64,000 nt of DNA from Octopus bimaculoides (taxonomy: Eukaryota), in assembly GCF_001194135.2 (NCBI RefSeq), contig NC_068984.1, forward strand, positions 100,223,194 to 100,287,193, given 5' to 3'. The position numbers and the translations under genes are program-made. The notes beneath the pieces were generated by a model. The model was given only the letters and a program-made list of their open reading frames with translations, ran no database searches and had not been told where the DNA came from. Positions 25,993 through 37,405 of this stretch are shown piece after piece (positions within the stretch are counted from its first letter, which is position 1; the number at the start of each line of letters is the position of its first letter).

Positions 25993-26031
25993 CAAGGATA
26001 CTTGTTTCTCTAAAACACCATTCAACCACAC
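25993..26031 (-). CDS. MPHOSPH8: 39-nt exon of the MPP8-like gene (VWLNGVLEKQVSL)
   Basis: atctcag acceptor and TTG|gtaagt donor; the phase-0 frame resembles MPP8 VVLNDKFQLPVFL as recalled. Confidence 0.6.
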
Positions 26032-26244
26032 CTGAGATACCACAGATTCTCCTTTTAGCCTGCAACCAATTTGTAGTGCTGCTATGTCGTTGACGTGGAC
26101 CAGAAACAGAAGGTAACCTTCATCTACAAAGTAAAATAGAGAAAATCCGAAATGTAAACAATATTAATAAACACATTTTCAAAACAGTGATCTAAATCGA
26201 TAAGACATTTTATTTTCAAGATTAAACATTTCATTTTTTAATAC

Positions 26245-26400
26245 CTTTTTCTTTGGCATCCCTATGTCTGGTGAGACCATGAACTGACTTTAATCTAGGA
26301 CAGTTAAAGTGCAGTGAGGTAACATTAGAGTGTTGTATCCAAAAAGCAGTCATCAATACGAATCTCCTCTCTAAAGACACAAGCCAGTACAGCTTGGCAC
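26245..26400 (-). CDS. MPHOSPH8: Probable exon of the MPP8-like gene (CAKLYWLVSLERRFVLMTAFW...CPRLKSVH...)
   Basis: atacag acceptor and AAG|gtatta donor; the only fully open frame matches the phase-1 upstream exon; 3' boundary uncertain. Confidence 0.5.
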
Positions 26401-26484
26401 CTGTATTATCACACAACTAGCTCCTTCCTAAGCCATTTAAACTAATAGGGCTAGATTGTTGATTTCTGTGGCATATGTACTCCC

Positions 26485-26640
26485 CACTGGATGGGACACC
26501 AGTCTGTCACAGGAATACTTGTTTTTGCCAGTTGAGTGGACTGGAGAAACATGAAATGAAGTGTTTTACTGAAGAACACAACACATAGCTTGGTCCAGGA
26601 ATTGAAACCACATTCCAACACCCTAACCACTAAGCCACAA
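26485..26640 (-). mobile_element. Family C SINE in an intron
   Basis: Minus-strand head TGGCTTAGTGGTTAG ... GGTTTCAATTCC; gtgttcttcagtaaaacacttcatttc. Confidence 0.6.
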
Positions 26641-26992
26641 GACTTGCCAGAAGAAATTTGTATCAATTCTGAAGGACTGATGAAAACAGTGACCTTGGTG
26701 GGATTTGAATCTAAAGTGTACAAAGCAGAAGCAAATACTTCAAGGTATTTTTTGTCCAATGGTCTAAAGCTACTGCTATTAACCATCCCTTTACTTAATA
26801 TTAACACCTACACTAACAATGAAGTTAATAAATAACTCAATGTAGTTACCTCAGATATTTAACAAATAGATCTGGACTATACCTACTTGATTGATTGGCT
26901 ACTGACATTTCATAAATGTCTATGACACTCAATCAGAGCTGACCTCAAACTATACAACAAACAACAAATATATAAACAGTTGAACAACTTAC

Positions 26993-27144
26993 AGTAAGTA
27001 CATTCCTTCACAATGTGACGAAATGAAATTTGGATTTTTCGGCTTTTAGCAAGAGACATACACTGCAGAGGAAAAACCTCTTCCAATAGTGTGTTCTGTT
27101 CACCAAGCCAGTTCTTAATGCACTGATTCATTTGGTTAGAAATC
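26993..27144 (-). CDS. MPHOSPH8: MPP8-like exon after the ankyrin repeats (ISNQMNQCIKNWLGEQNTLLEEVFPLQCMSLAK...)
   Basis: tttttccag acceptor and TACT|gtaagt donor; phase 2 in matches the upstream exon; LLEEVFPLQC parallels MPP8 LLEPVFPIAC. Confidence 0.85.
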
Positions 27145-27735
27145 CTGGAAAAAAAAAAGCAAACAAAAAAACATAAAATAACATAGTTAAATCATATGAA
27201 GAGGGTACTTGACTTAAATGTGTTAAATTTTGTTGGCTTAAACTGAAGTTAATGAAGAGGTAGAAGTACTGTTAATGACTTGTAAAATGAACAAATAAAC
27301 TAAAAAAATTGCTGTAAGAATTACCTCCCTTGAGCAATTACTAGGTTACGAAGCTTAAAACATTATGAACAAGGAAAATTCTATCTGGGGCTGGATCGTC
27401 TGCACAAGATCGGTTTAAAGTAAACTGACAACCTGTAGTAAGCAGAAAAACTATATGCTAGCCACAGTTAGAATCAGTGTTAGGATCCAATGGAACTAAC
27501 ACACAGCTTGGTTTAACACCACCATCTGATACTTAGCTGCCTTTAGTAGATTTCACACTGTTGCAAACGTAGACTAGTTAAAGTCTCTGCCAACATTTTG
27601 GACAGTGTAAAATAGTTTGGTATCAAAAGAACTAATAAAAAGAAATTCCAAACTGATAGAGAAAAATATATAAATCTTGGCTTGGGAAATAGGTGTTGAG
27701 GATATATAAATTTAAAATATCAAAAGACAACTTAC

Positions 27736-27980
27736 TTTTCACTGTAACTGGAAAGAAGGCTCTCTATATCACTGAGGCTTGGATTTTTACTGGCTAAATC
27801 CAAAGAATTTAAGTTGTCCTTGTTTTGAAAACCAATATTAGCACCATGGTCCAGTAGTAATTTCACTATGTGAATATTGCCACTCAAGACAGATTTTATT
27901 AACGCCGTTTCTTTGTTTGTTGTATATTTCTCTAGGTTAGCGCCCAACTTTACGAGGACTTCCACAGCTTCTACTTCACC
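27736..27980 (-). CDS. MPHOSPH8: MPP8-like ankyrin-repeat exon (GEVEAVEVLVKLGAN...ETALIKSVLSGNIHIVKLLLDHGAN...)
   Basis: ttgcag acceptor and GAAAA|gtaagt donor; canonical ankyrin motifs TAL/GA(N/D). Confidence 0.92.
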
Positions 27981-28152
27981 CTGCAATCATGACAAAGTAA
28001 GGATAATTATTTTAAAACAATACAGTTTTAAACAGTTAAATAATACTATATTTTATTGGCTACAAGGGTCCATCAGTACAAAAAGAGTTACAAAACATCA
28101 CACACTTTAATCAGTATTTATTTCATTTACGCTTATATCAAGTAGGCTACCA

Positions 28153-28617
28153 TTTAAATTCCTGTCCAGGTTGTCAGATTAATAAAATAAATACTTTGAT
28201 AAAATTACTGACACCTTGAAGTTGGTGCCCCATTGACTAGAATGAATAAAAATAGTTAAAAAGAAGGAAAAAAAACTAGCAACAACTGAACAATACTTGC
28301 AAGATGCTGAATGCAATCACTAGGTATTTTTGCACATGCTTTCTCACTTCCACAATGTCCAATCTACATTTAGACAGATAAAGTGTACCTCCACATGTAA
28401 ACTGAACTAGCAAGAGCTACACTGTCTTTGTCCTGCATACAGTGCAGAGTAGATAGTGAAATCCACATCAACTAGCATACTACAAATACTCATTTAAATT
28501 TTTTTATTTTAAACTATTTTTTATTAGTTCTAATAAACTTCATAGTGTCAATAATATTGACCGAGTAATTAACAGCTATTTATTTTATTAATCTGTTGAC
28601 CTGGACAGGAATTTAAA
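28153..28617. repeat. Intronic inverted repeat pair
   Basis: 28153-28193 and 28577-28617 are reverse complements at 38 of 41 positions, with weaker similarity extending inward. Confidence 0.75.
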
Positions 28618-29996
28618 CTCAGAGCATAAAGTGACACATTGTAAGACATCTGATGTTACATTTTACCAATTTTGCTATTGCCCATTTATTATAATAAACA
28701 TGAAATTTTGTCTGTCCGTCCGTCTGGGGCCCCTGTATCTCAGTCTACATTTGCTCTACATAGACATATACCTTTTTGGAATCGGGATTATCCTAGGATT
28801 GAAAATCTCCCTTTGATTTAGTTCTTGAACATCCAGCATTGGGATCAGGTCTGGATGAGGATTTGTTATATACTAACAGTTGAAAATTCAAATTTTAAAA
28901 GAATTCCAAAAAGTTGTGAGCATACAAGGTTTTTATTTAAACTGAATGTAATACCATAACTTTGTGAATTCAAAAACTATTTTCAATTTAATTCATTTAA
29001 AATTAGATCCAAGTTAAAGTGAGAGGTTTTGAAATTCCAAAGTTTGTGAATTGAAGGAAATATTGAAGAACTCGAACTTTCGGCCCAAATTGGACTTTCA
29101 ACTAGATTGGACTTCTGGCCAGATTGGACTTTTTGCAGAGTCAGGTTATCCAGAGATTTGGATGCTGGAAGATTTGCAGCTCAGCTACTGGATCTGGGAA
29201 ATGGAAGTATTCAGCAAGACAGAAATGGAGACATCACTTATTCCAGACTGACTGGATAAAGATAGCTCAGAGAGAAGAAAATAAATGACGGCTTGCATTT
29301 ATTTGAACTGGACCTTACAGCATATTGGGTAAATCATTGCGAACAAGCTGAACCAAAAATGTCACCAGGTTCTTGAGAATCTTTAACAAAGTTCACTCTG
29401 TTGAAAGCATTTGGTCCAGGTGCTCTGGCCCATGTCTGTCCTGCAGACACTCAAACTGGACAGAACCAAATTGATTTGATTAATCTCAAATGTGATAGGT
29501 ACCAGGCTTCTTTATATGACTTATTTAATAAGAGAAAAAATTTGAGAAGGGTATATGCCTAACATTCAGTTATTTCTTTACTGAAGTTGCCCACCATGTT
29601 TTTCCTCCAGGTATTCAGGCTTAACCCCTAAAGCATTTTAAACTGGTTCTACCTGGCCCAAATATTCTCCCTGTTTTATGCTCAAACTGGCTAGATCCAG
29701 TTCTTTACACCTATCTTATGGTGTCATTCCAAAAATAAACAAATACCTCTTCAAAATATTTATGCTACAAGTTAATGCATGGTTAATTCAAAACAATGTG
29801 AATAAAAAAAACATTAAACAAAATAATCTGAATGCTGAACGGTTAATAACCACATCAATCTCAGCAGTCTAGGTAGCCTGTAAAAAACACAGGCAGTGCC
29901 CCACCTCTTCCTACTCCTTTGACTTATGAAAGGGATTTTAAGGCATACAACACAGAAATAAAGAGAGTTACAATATATTTGGAAATGAAATCTTAC

Positions 29997-30094
29997 TCTG
30001 GTACAAGCTAAGGTCAATGCAGTTTCACCAGTACTTAGTTCTTTGTCCAACTGAGCTCCAGCAAGTGCCAACAGTAGTGTAATATCACTGAAAC
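29997..30094 (-). CDS. MPHOSPH8: MPP8-like ankyrin exon (FSDITLLLALAGAQLDKELSTGETALTLACTR)
   Basis: tttttttatcattgacag acceptor and AGA|gtaaga donor; phase 1 in, phase 0 out, joining TALTLACTR|GEVEAV. Confidence 0.92.
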
Positions 30095-30953
30095 CTGTCA
30101 ATGATAAAAAAAAACAAACATATAATGTAGAAAATTATACAATCTTAACCATGGGCCATGGACACAAATGAAGACATCAATCTTTTGGTCACACCACTCA
30201 AAAGTTAATTGTAGCAAGAGCTTTAATCACTCAAACTACAAAACACTTCAAATTACATTTTCAGTTACAACATCAAACCCTCTATCACATGTCATCAGTT
30301 ATGCACAAATTAAGGGTAGCAACATTTTTAGCCTTCTTTAATCATTTCGGGACTAAAAATGACCATTTCTGTTTGTTAGGAAAAAAAAATCTTCAAATTA
30401 TATAAAAAGAGCTACATAATAAACTACATAGGAATTTTTAATTTGCTGCCAATTGTTCTCAGCCTTTCATTAGAAGCCGTTTGCAGTCAAATGGACTGAG
30501 CCATTGGAGAGTTTCATGTTTCATGGCCATTGGATGCATCACAGTGGTGGATGCAATATATGAACTGACAACTATTCTGTTACTCTTTTCACTCAACCAC
30601 CTAAAATATGAAAGTTTAAATATCTATCTGCACAACAACATACTGATGTGACACCGGTAGAGCAGTACAGTATTTCTTTCCAGAGAAATACCAAATTCAT
30701 TACGACTACTTCTTGCCACTTAGACTGTAATAAAGCCACAAATTTGCAATAGAGGTGGGAAAGAGCCAATGGGATCTTAAAAAAAAAAAGTTAACCAACT
30801 TTAATCCAATAAAACATTGAAGTTTTAAATACCAATAATACTGCTAAGGTTTAAAGCAATCACCTATAGCCTTGTTTCTCATATAGCACAAATTTATATC
30901 GCATGCTATGACGGAAAACCTCTACCTAAATATAAGGTCTCAGAACAACTTAC

Positions 30954-31088
30954 CTCTCAAGATGGATTGCATTATTAATGTGTAGCCACCGCTGTTTGGA
31001 GATTCTAGATCATATCTCCAACGGTCTCCTCTCAAAGCAGATTTTAATTTACCATAATCACCTGCTAGTACAGCTTGTGTAAATTCAT
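30954..31088 (-). CDS. MPHOSPH8: MPP8-like exon, first ankyrin region (EFTQAVLAGDYGKLKSALRGDRWRYDLESPNSGGYTLIMQSILR)
   Basis: tttcaatttcag acceptor and GAG|gtaagt donor; parallels the MPP8 'AVKNGDY...KVAL...Y.L...SG.TL.M' segment as recalled. Confidence 0.9.
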
Positions 31089-31897
31089 CTGAAATTGAAA
31101 AATATGAAGTGAATAAAATTTTCAGACAAAATGAAATAAATCTTTTAAAAAAAGCTATACCTTAATTTACATATTTTTGTTTTAGTTTTTCACCTGAAGT
31201 GATGCATTAAGTTACTGAGAAAATTCACTTGGTAGACACCTAAATACTTTCTCTGTGAAAATCTCCAATGAAATGTTGATCTAAATGAAAACCTGTTTAA
31301 CATGGACCAGGGATAATTCTAGCTCTTAAACGCGAGACCACCAAACCAAACGCTCAAATACTTAACCCATAACTGAAGCCTAAAGCTATCTATCCCATAA
31401 GAATGCCAAACTAGAGGAAAACTATAAGGAAAACTATAGGTATCAAATTAATATGAGACGGTCATATACTCAAAGACTGAACTATCTTTGGTTATAGGTC
31501 AGTTTGACCAGGACATAACCACTAATATATTGCTGAGATCTTTATTAACTGAGATAATATAGAAATATCTGTATTTAATCATAGGTTTTCATTAAGAATA
31601 CCTATGATCGAAGACATTAGTTACAACCATCTCATCTCTTAACCAAACAGTGTATCTTAAGTTACATTAGCCAATGTGTATTTCTGTGAACCTATTCAGA
31701 AATTTGTCAGCTGAAGTCAAACCAATATTATTTATGAAATGAGAATTTCTGTCCCACAAGAATTGCTATAAGAGATCAGTAGGCCCGAAGCTCAATATTT
31801 GTGAGAAACTCCAAACACAGCTATAATGGCATTTAACTGAAGATTGTTCAAAAGTATTTACTTTACACACAAAAGTTAGTAGAAATCATCAACTTAC

Positions 31898-31964
31898 CAT
31901 TGGATAAGTGAAGAACGGTACCATTGGATAACCTTGGTTTTTTGGTTGATGTGGAAGCTGCACT
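31898..31964 (-). CDS. MPHOSPH8: MPP8-like exon (SAASTSTKKPRLSNGTVLHLSN)
   Basis: cttttcatccttgcag acceptor and ATG|gtaagt donor; 67 nt, phase 0 in and phase 1 out, in frame with the next exon; KKPR is NLS-like. Confidence 0.8.
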
Positions 31965-32157
31965 CTGCAAGGATGAAAAGAAAATTGATTGCGAGTTAAT
32001 TTAGTCAACATACCAACAATGTACATACACATATGCACAAATATTTACATAAGAATAAAACATGTATGGAAATTATATACAATTTTATTAATCTCACAGT
32101 GAAAATATAAATAAATACACCAAATGAGCCTTGGAAGCTAAAAGAGAAAAGTAGCCG

Positions 32158-32200
32158 TATCCAACTAGTTTCGTAATTCTTAAGAGAATCATCAGGAATC
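32158..32200 (-). ncRNA. Degenerate minimal hammerhead-like motif (PLE-type tail)
   Basis: CTGATGA-ttctcttaagaattac-GAAACTAGTT-ggat; core intact but triplet is GUU and stem II is irregular. Confidence 0.4.
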
Positions 32201-32725
32201 ACTTAACTCCCCCTTTCAATCAATGAAGTTAAGAACTGTCTAATAAATACTGAAAACAAACTATTTACTGCAGTAAATATGTGTGTGGTTGATGGCTGGA
32301 ATACCTAACACAAAGTAGTTATCTAATTAGCATGATAGTCTTATTATTTATGTAAGGCATGGTCTGAGGGAAATTTAGCTATCATGCTGACAACAGCTAA
32401 AGGGTTGTGGAGGAATTTAATAAAATAACTAAATACCACTATAATGCTGGCATTTCATAAGTAACAACAGATTCTGATCACACAGAATCTGTTGTAAATA
32501 GATTATGTAAATATCTTATACATCAGTATTATGTAAATTATTTTTTAGTCTATGCTTCTCAGTATATGATATATTCTCCTTCACTTTCTGATGAGTTTCA
32601 ATAAATACAAAGCTAGTTGAATGAGCCTTAATCTCAGCTGTTGAGGATCCTATCATTAATCTACAAGTTTGTTTTCAAGGCAAAATTAAATACATTGTGT
32701 TGGTTTTATATATATATATATATAT

Positions 32726-32759
<34 letters not shown>

Positions 32760-32761
32760 TT

Positions 32762-32950
32762 GCCATGATAGATCGCTAGCCACTAAACCTATTTTATTTT
32801 CTCTCCCTGTTAATTTCTGTGTTCCTTTCTGTCAAAGAGCATAGGCTCGAAACGTAAAACACTTTTTCACTTCCAAAGCATTAAACTAATGTTTCTGTTT
32901 GTTGTTTACACACCTGTCTTTGTCTTTTATTTTTTTGTAAATTATCACTA
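32762..32950 (+). mobile_element. PLE-type repeat tail with a decayed hammerhead-like motif
   Basis: GAGC-ATAG-GCTC-GAAACGTA stem II and core at 32837-32856; the upstream CUGANGA is mutated. Confidence 0.4.
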
Positions 32951-33630
32951 TATATATATACACATACACACAGAAATACATGCACGTGCACAAACACTCA
33001 AAGCTATTAGGATGTACAATCAACAGAAAATATACTTTACATTACACTTTATTAGTTTGAAGCTGATGTTTTATTATTCATTAGCCTGAGTATCACAATT
33101 AGGTGCATTCAGGCAAAAGGTTATGAATAATTTGCTCAAACACAGACATAATTCATTTGGAGTAGCAATGAAATGAATCCTCAGATTTGAATACATATTA
33201 CATACTTTTATACATTTATTTCTCTACATAGCACACACTTGTGTATGTGTGTGTGAACACGCATGCATGCATGTATGTATATATGTCTATTTGTATGTGT
33301 GTGTGTGTGAACACACACACACACCCGTTCTCATAACATCTACTTTTCTGTTCTTGCATACACTGCATGAAGATTGTTGAAGTCGATACCTCTACAAACT
33401 GGACACTCTTCCTATCACTAACTCTCTCACCTGTTTCTACTTAAGGTAATTTTACCCTCCTTTGTCCTTCAAACAGCTCAATGGCTGAGCATGCTCTTGC
33501 AGATCGATAATAAAGAAACACCATATTTGTATTGCAATAACTTTTTCCTTCAATCAGTAAGCACATGTCACAACAATGAAACACACACACACACATACAT
33601 ACATAAGTAAATACAAGATTATAATATGTC

Positions 33631-33947
33631 TTTTATCTCTTGTTTCAGTCATTAGACAGTAGCCATACTGGGGTACTGCCTTCAAGAATTTTTAGTCAGA
33701 TAGATCAATCCCAGTACTTTCTTTTTCTTTAAGCCTGGAACTTATTCTCAGTTTCTTCTGCTGAACCACTAAGTTATGGTAAACACACAAAGGATTCTTC
33801 CAGTTTCCATTTTCTAAATCTCACAATGCCTAACTTGCAAGCTATAGAAGAATACACCAGCTGACAGTGTCCTTGTAGTAGGAACAAATCCCAAATCATG
33901 TAGTTTTAAAGTGAACTTCTTAACCATAGAGCCATATCTGCACTTAC
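33631..33947 (-). mobile_element. Degenerate family B SINE
   Basis: tcttgtttcagtcatt...ccatactgg...ctgaaccactaagtta...ttaaccatagagcca blocks. Confidence 0.6.
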
Positions 33948-34156
33948 ACACATACATCACCCTTGCTTGTTTAAGAAGTGACAAATGTAAGGAAGTGACC
34001 AGCCTGTAATAATTCAGATTTGCAATACATTTTTAGTTTACTAAAGAGTTTAGTGAGCCAATACATTAACAGTACCCTGATAATAAGTGTACCATACTAA
34101 CCAGACAATGTACCCAGACAATGCAAGTGAAGCCATCACTCTCAAACAAAAAAAGA

Positions 34157-34189
<33 letters not shown>

Positions 34190-35750
34190 AAGGAAAAGTG
34201 CAGCAATAGGAGGAGGAGGAGGAGGAAGAGTGGGAATAGACTTAACCTATTTACAAGAGAGGGAGAGAGAGGGAGGGAGGGAGTATAAATGAATAGATTT
34301 GAACTACAATATAGTGAAAGGAGGTAAGGCCTGTGAGGTAGAAATAGGAGAATGAAGATAAAACTATCTGTATGCATGTAAACACACACAACGCCATGAC
34401 ATATACACAAATATGTAACATACATATTCAAATACACACATTGGGTATGTGTGTGTGTGTATATATATATATAATATATTTATTTATAATCATATACAGC
34501 ATACATGTTGATGGAACTTCAGCTGGTTTCCATAATAAGTACATTCTTTGTTCAGTCATTTGAACAACACTTGTGTAAGTGGTAGGGTATTCCACAAATA
34601 TGTATTAACAAATTATCCAGATAAAATCAGCACAAAACTGCATGACAAGTGTGGCTTTTTGAATAAGTGGCACAGTGATTGTAAATAAACTTCTTAACCA
34701 CAAAGCCATGCTTGCAACAGGCACACACACACATGTATACATGTTACAAAAAGTTTTCCATCCATTCGTAAATGACAACCTAGATCCTAAATGTTTTTTT
34801 GGAAAACTCAAACCAAAATGTAAATGGGTACACTATGGGACAAGAGGTTGGCAGTATAGAAACTACTGAACTGAACTATCTGAGTTCCTTCAGATGTGGC
34901 CTGAAATGCCTCACTCCACCTATTTGAAAAGAAGTATAATACAGCGTTTACAACATAGCAACACCACATCAATGGACACAAATGTGGAAGCACTGTGAAA
35001 CTGGTGAATGTTTCCATAAAGTAGCAGTGCCATACTTGTGGGAACAGATTAGAGAAGGAAGGATTTGACCAAGTTAATTTGCCTCCAAATATTACATTAT
35101 GCAAAGATGGACTTCACAGATATTGCCAGGATTCAGTAGATCCTGAGACACTATTACAAGACTCAATACAAAGCAGTCCCTATGCAGCAATTCTACATTC
35201 TATAAATAGCAACCAAATCTTCCTCAAGGTACACATTATCATATTAAATATGGAAAGATACATTGAATACACACACACACGTAAGCATGTATGTGTTGTA
35301 AATGCATGTCAGGTCATTGAGGTGCTTGCAGAATTAAGATCAGGAGGAAATATTGCCTTACTTGGAAGCAGGTAAGAGTTGGTGACACAAAAAAGAAAAA
35401 AAATGCATCTGACCAAAGAAAATCTGCATCAGTAAGTTTCAGTCAATCCATGCCAGCATGGAAAAGTGGCTGTTAACATGGCAATGATACATTCACACAC
35501 ACAAACACATGCTGATATTGTCAAAATATAAATTAAAACATTGTTACTATAAGCTTTATATCTGAGTTTAACTCAAGCAATATAAAACAAACAGCTTCTA
35601 CAAAGAGAAATCCGGAGGTTAATGAAATTATGAAAATTTTGAAAGCAATTTTTACTCTTACAGCACCTCAGACAAACTAAATAGTAATAACAATGTTTAA
35701 ATCAATATAGTGATTTCATATTTTGGCACAAGGCCAGCAATTTTTTTTTT

Positions 35751-35765
35751 NNNNNNNNNNNNNNN
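35751..35765. other. Assembly gap (N run) within a family A SINE
   Basis: Run of n between poly-T and poly-G. Confidence 1.
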
Positions 35766-37290
35766 GGGGGGGGGGTAGGCTAAGTCAACTGTATTGTCCC
35801 CAATGCTCAACTGGTTCTCATTTTATCAAACTTGAAAGGATGAAAGACAAAGTTGACCCCAGCAGAATTTGAACTCAGAACATAAGGATGGACAAAACGC
35901 TGCTAAGCATTTTGCTTGGCATGCTAAAGATTCTGCCAGCTCATTGCCTCTCGATGTGGTTGCTCAACATGCTAGATATAGCAACCTGATCTTTAATATC
36001 TTAAAAAAAACAACCCAAAATACAACCATATTGGACAATATATAGTCCAAGGCATACTAAATAAATGGGTTGGTCATAGTTAGAGTACCTTTGATCATAT
36101 GCATCCTTGATTAGGGCTGATTTAAAGACTACAGAACAACAAGAACTCTTAGAAATAATGTCAGTTATCAACAAAAGAAAGAGCTGTCCCCATCCCCTTA
36201 TCAACTGATATCTCTAAACTGTCATCTTTGGCTTCCTCTCAACAATTCTGCCTTATCAGTTAGTGAAAAACAGATAACAAGGATATGAAAGTGGCAGGAA
36301 GGTGAGGACAAAGACACACAAACAGAACAACCAGGTGGGCAATATCAAATGCAAGGAAATGGACAGAACAGAGATAAGTCAATAAGGCCTGAAGGACAGA
36401 GAATGTGCTATAAATTAAAATACACACACAAACACACACCACGAGGGTGTGGGGATAACAATGTCCCATTTCACATGACCAATAGTCTTTCTACAACTTT
36501 TATTAGTATTTTTTCACACAGACTCATTTGCATATTCACAAGTCTCCACTAAGCTTCCTATTTGTCTCTGTGTCAGACAAACTTATGCACTGTAATTCAG
36601 GATGAGATGAGATAGGCCAGCCACAAGCCAACTAATGCTTTGCTAGTGAAACTTAATAAACAAACTGTGCTGAAAACCATCATGTGTACGCATGCATATA
36701 CATGTGTATGGTTGTGTCAATGTTTAACAGTGAAAGCTGGTGTGCTTAATTGTATCACTTTCATCCCCGCTGCTTTGTCAAAAACATTTTTAAGCTGTTG
36801 AATGTAAGAAGAAATGTGTTTAAGAGAAAATAAACACCCAATTGAAATTGTAAACTGAGGTCGATATGATTCACTAAAAACCTTTGAAGACTACAGCCAA
36901 CTGACTGAAACCAGCTAAAGGGTATGACACCAGTTTTATATGAAGTAACATTAATAAAGAGATCTGGTGTTACATAGTTCTCTTCAGATAATATTCTTCA
37001 AATATTCTGGTGCCATGGCTTCAGTAAACTGAAGTAATGTAGAATAAAATGCTCTAGTCAGAAACAATAAACATCTATAGGAGAATTGAACTTCAGGTCT
37101 TTAAGCTGGTAGCTCAATTCCTTAGACAATTGGTCTCCTCAACTTTACACATGAGTGGCAACAGAGAGAGAGAGAGAGAGGCTAACAAAGACAGATCAAA
37201 TTGTAAACAATGGCTTAGTCATGTACACAAATTCAAATTAGCTAATTAGAAAATAAAATACATAAATCAATCATTCTATGGAAGGAGAGA

Positions 37291-37390
<100 letters not shown>

Positions 37391-37405
37391 AGAATGGGAC
37401 ACTAC

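Noticed and set aside
26882-26919. Possible 38-nt micro-exon between MPP8-like exons
   Set aside because: Would shift the next exon into a frame that hits a stop; weak splice context
27290-27620. Unique intronic sequence examined for a snoRNA
   Set aside because: No convincing C/D boxes with a terminal stem and no H/ACA double hairpin
27732-27735. Stop ending the 84-aa ankyrin ORF
   Set aside because: TAA lies inside the gtaagt donor; the gene splices on to 27144
31290-31420. CpG-containing intronic segment ending near an ACA, examined as an H/ACA snoRNA
   Set aside because: Could not fold two hairpins by eye
33431-33495. Candidate minus-strand exon (aag...CAG|gtgaga)
   Set aside because: Stops in all three frames
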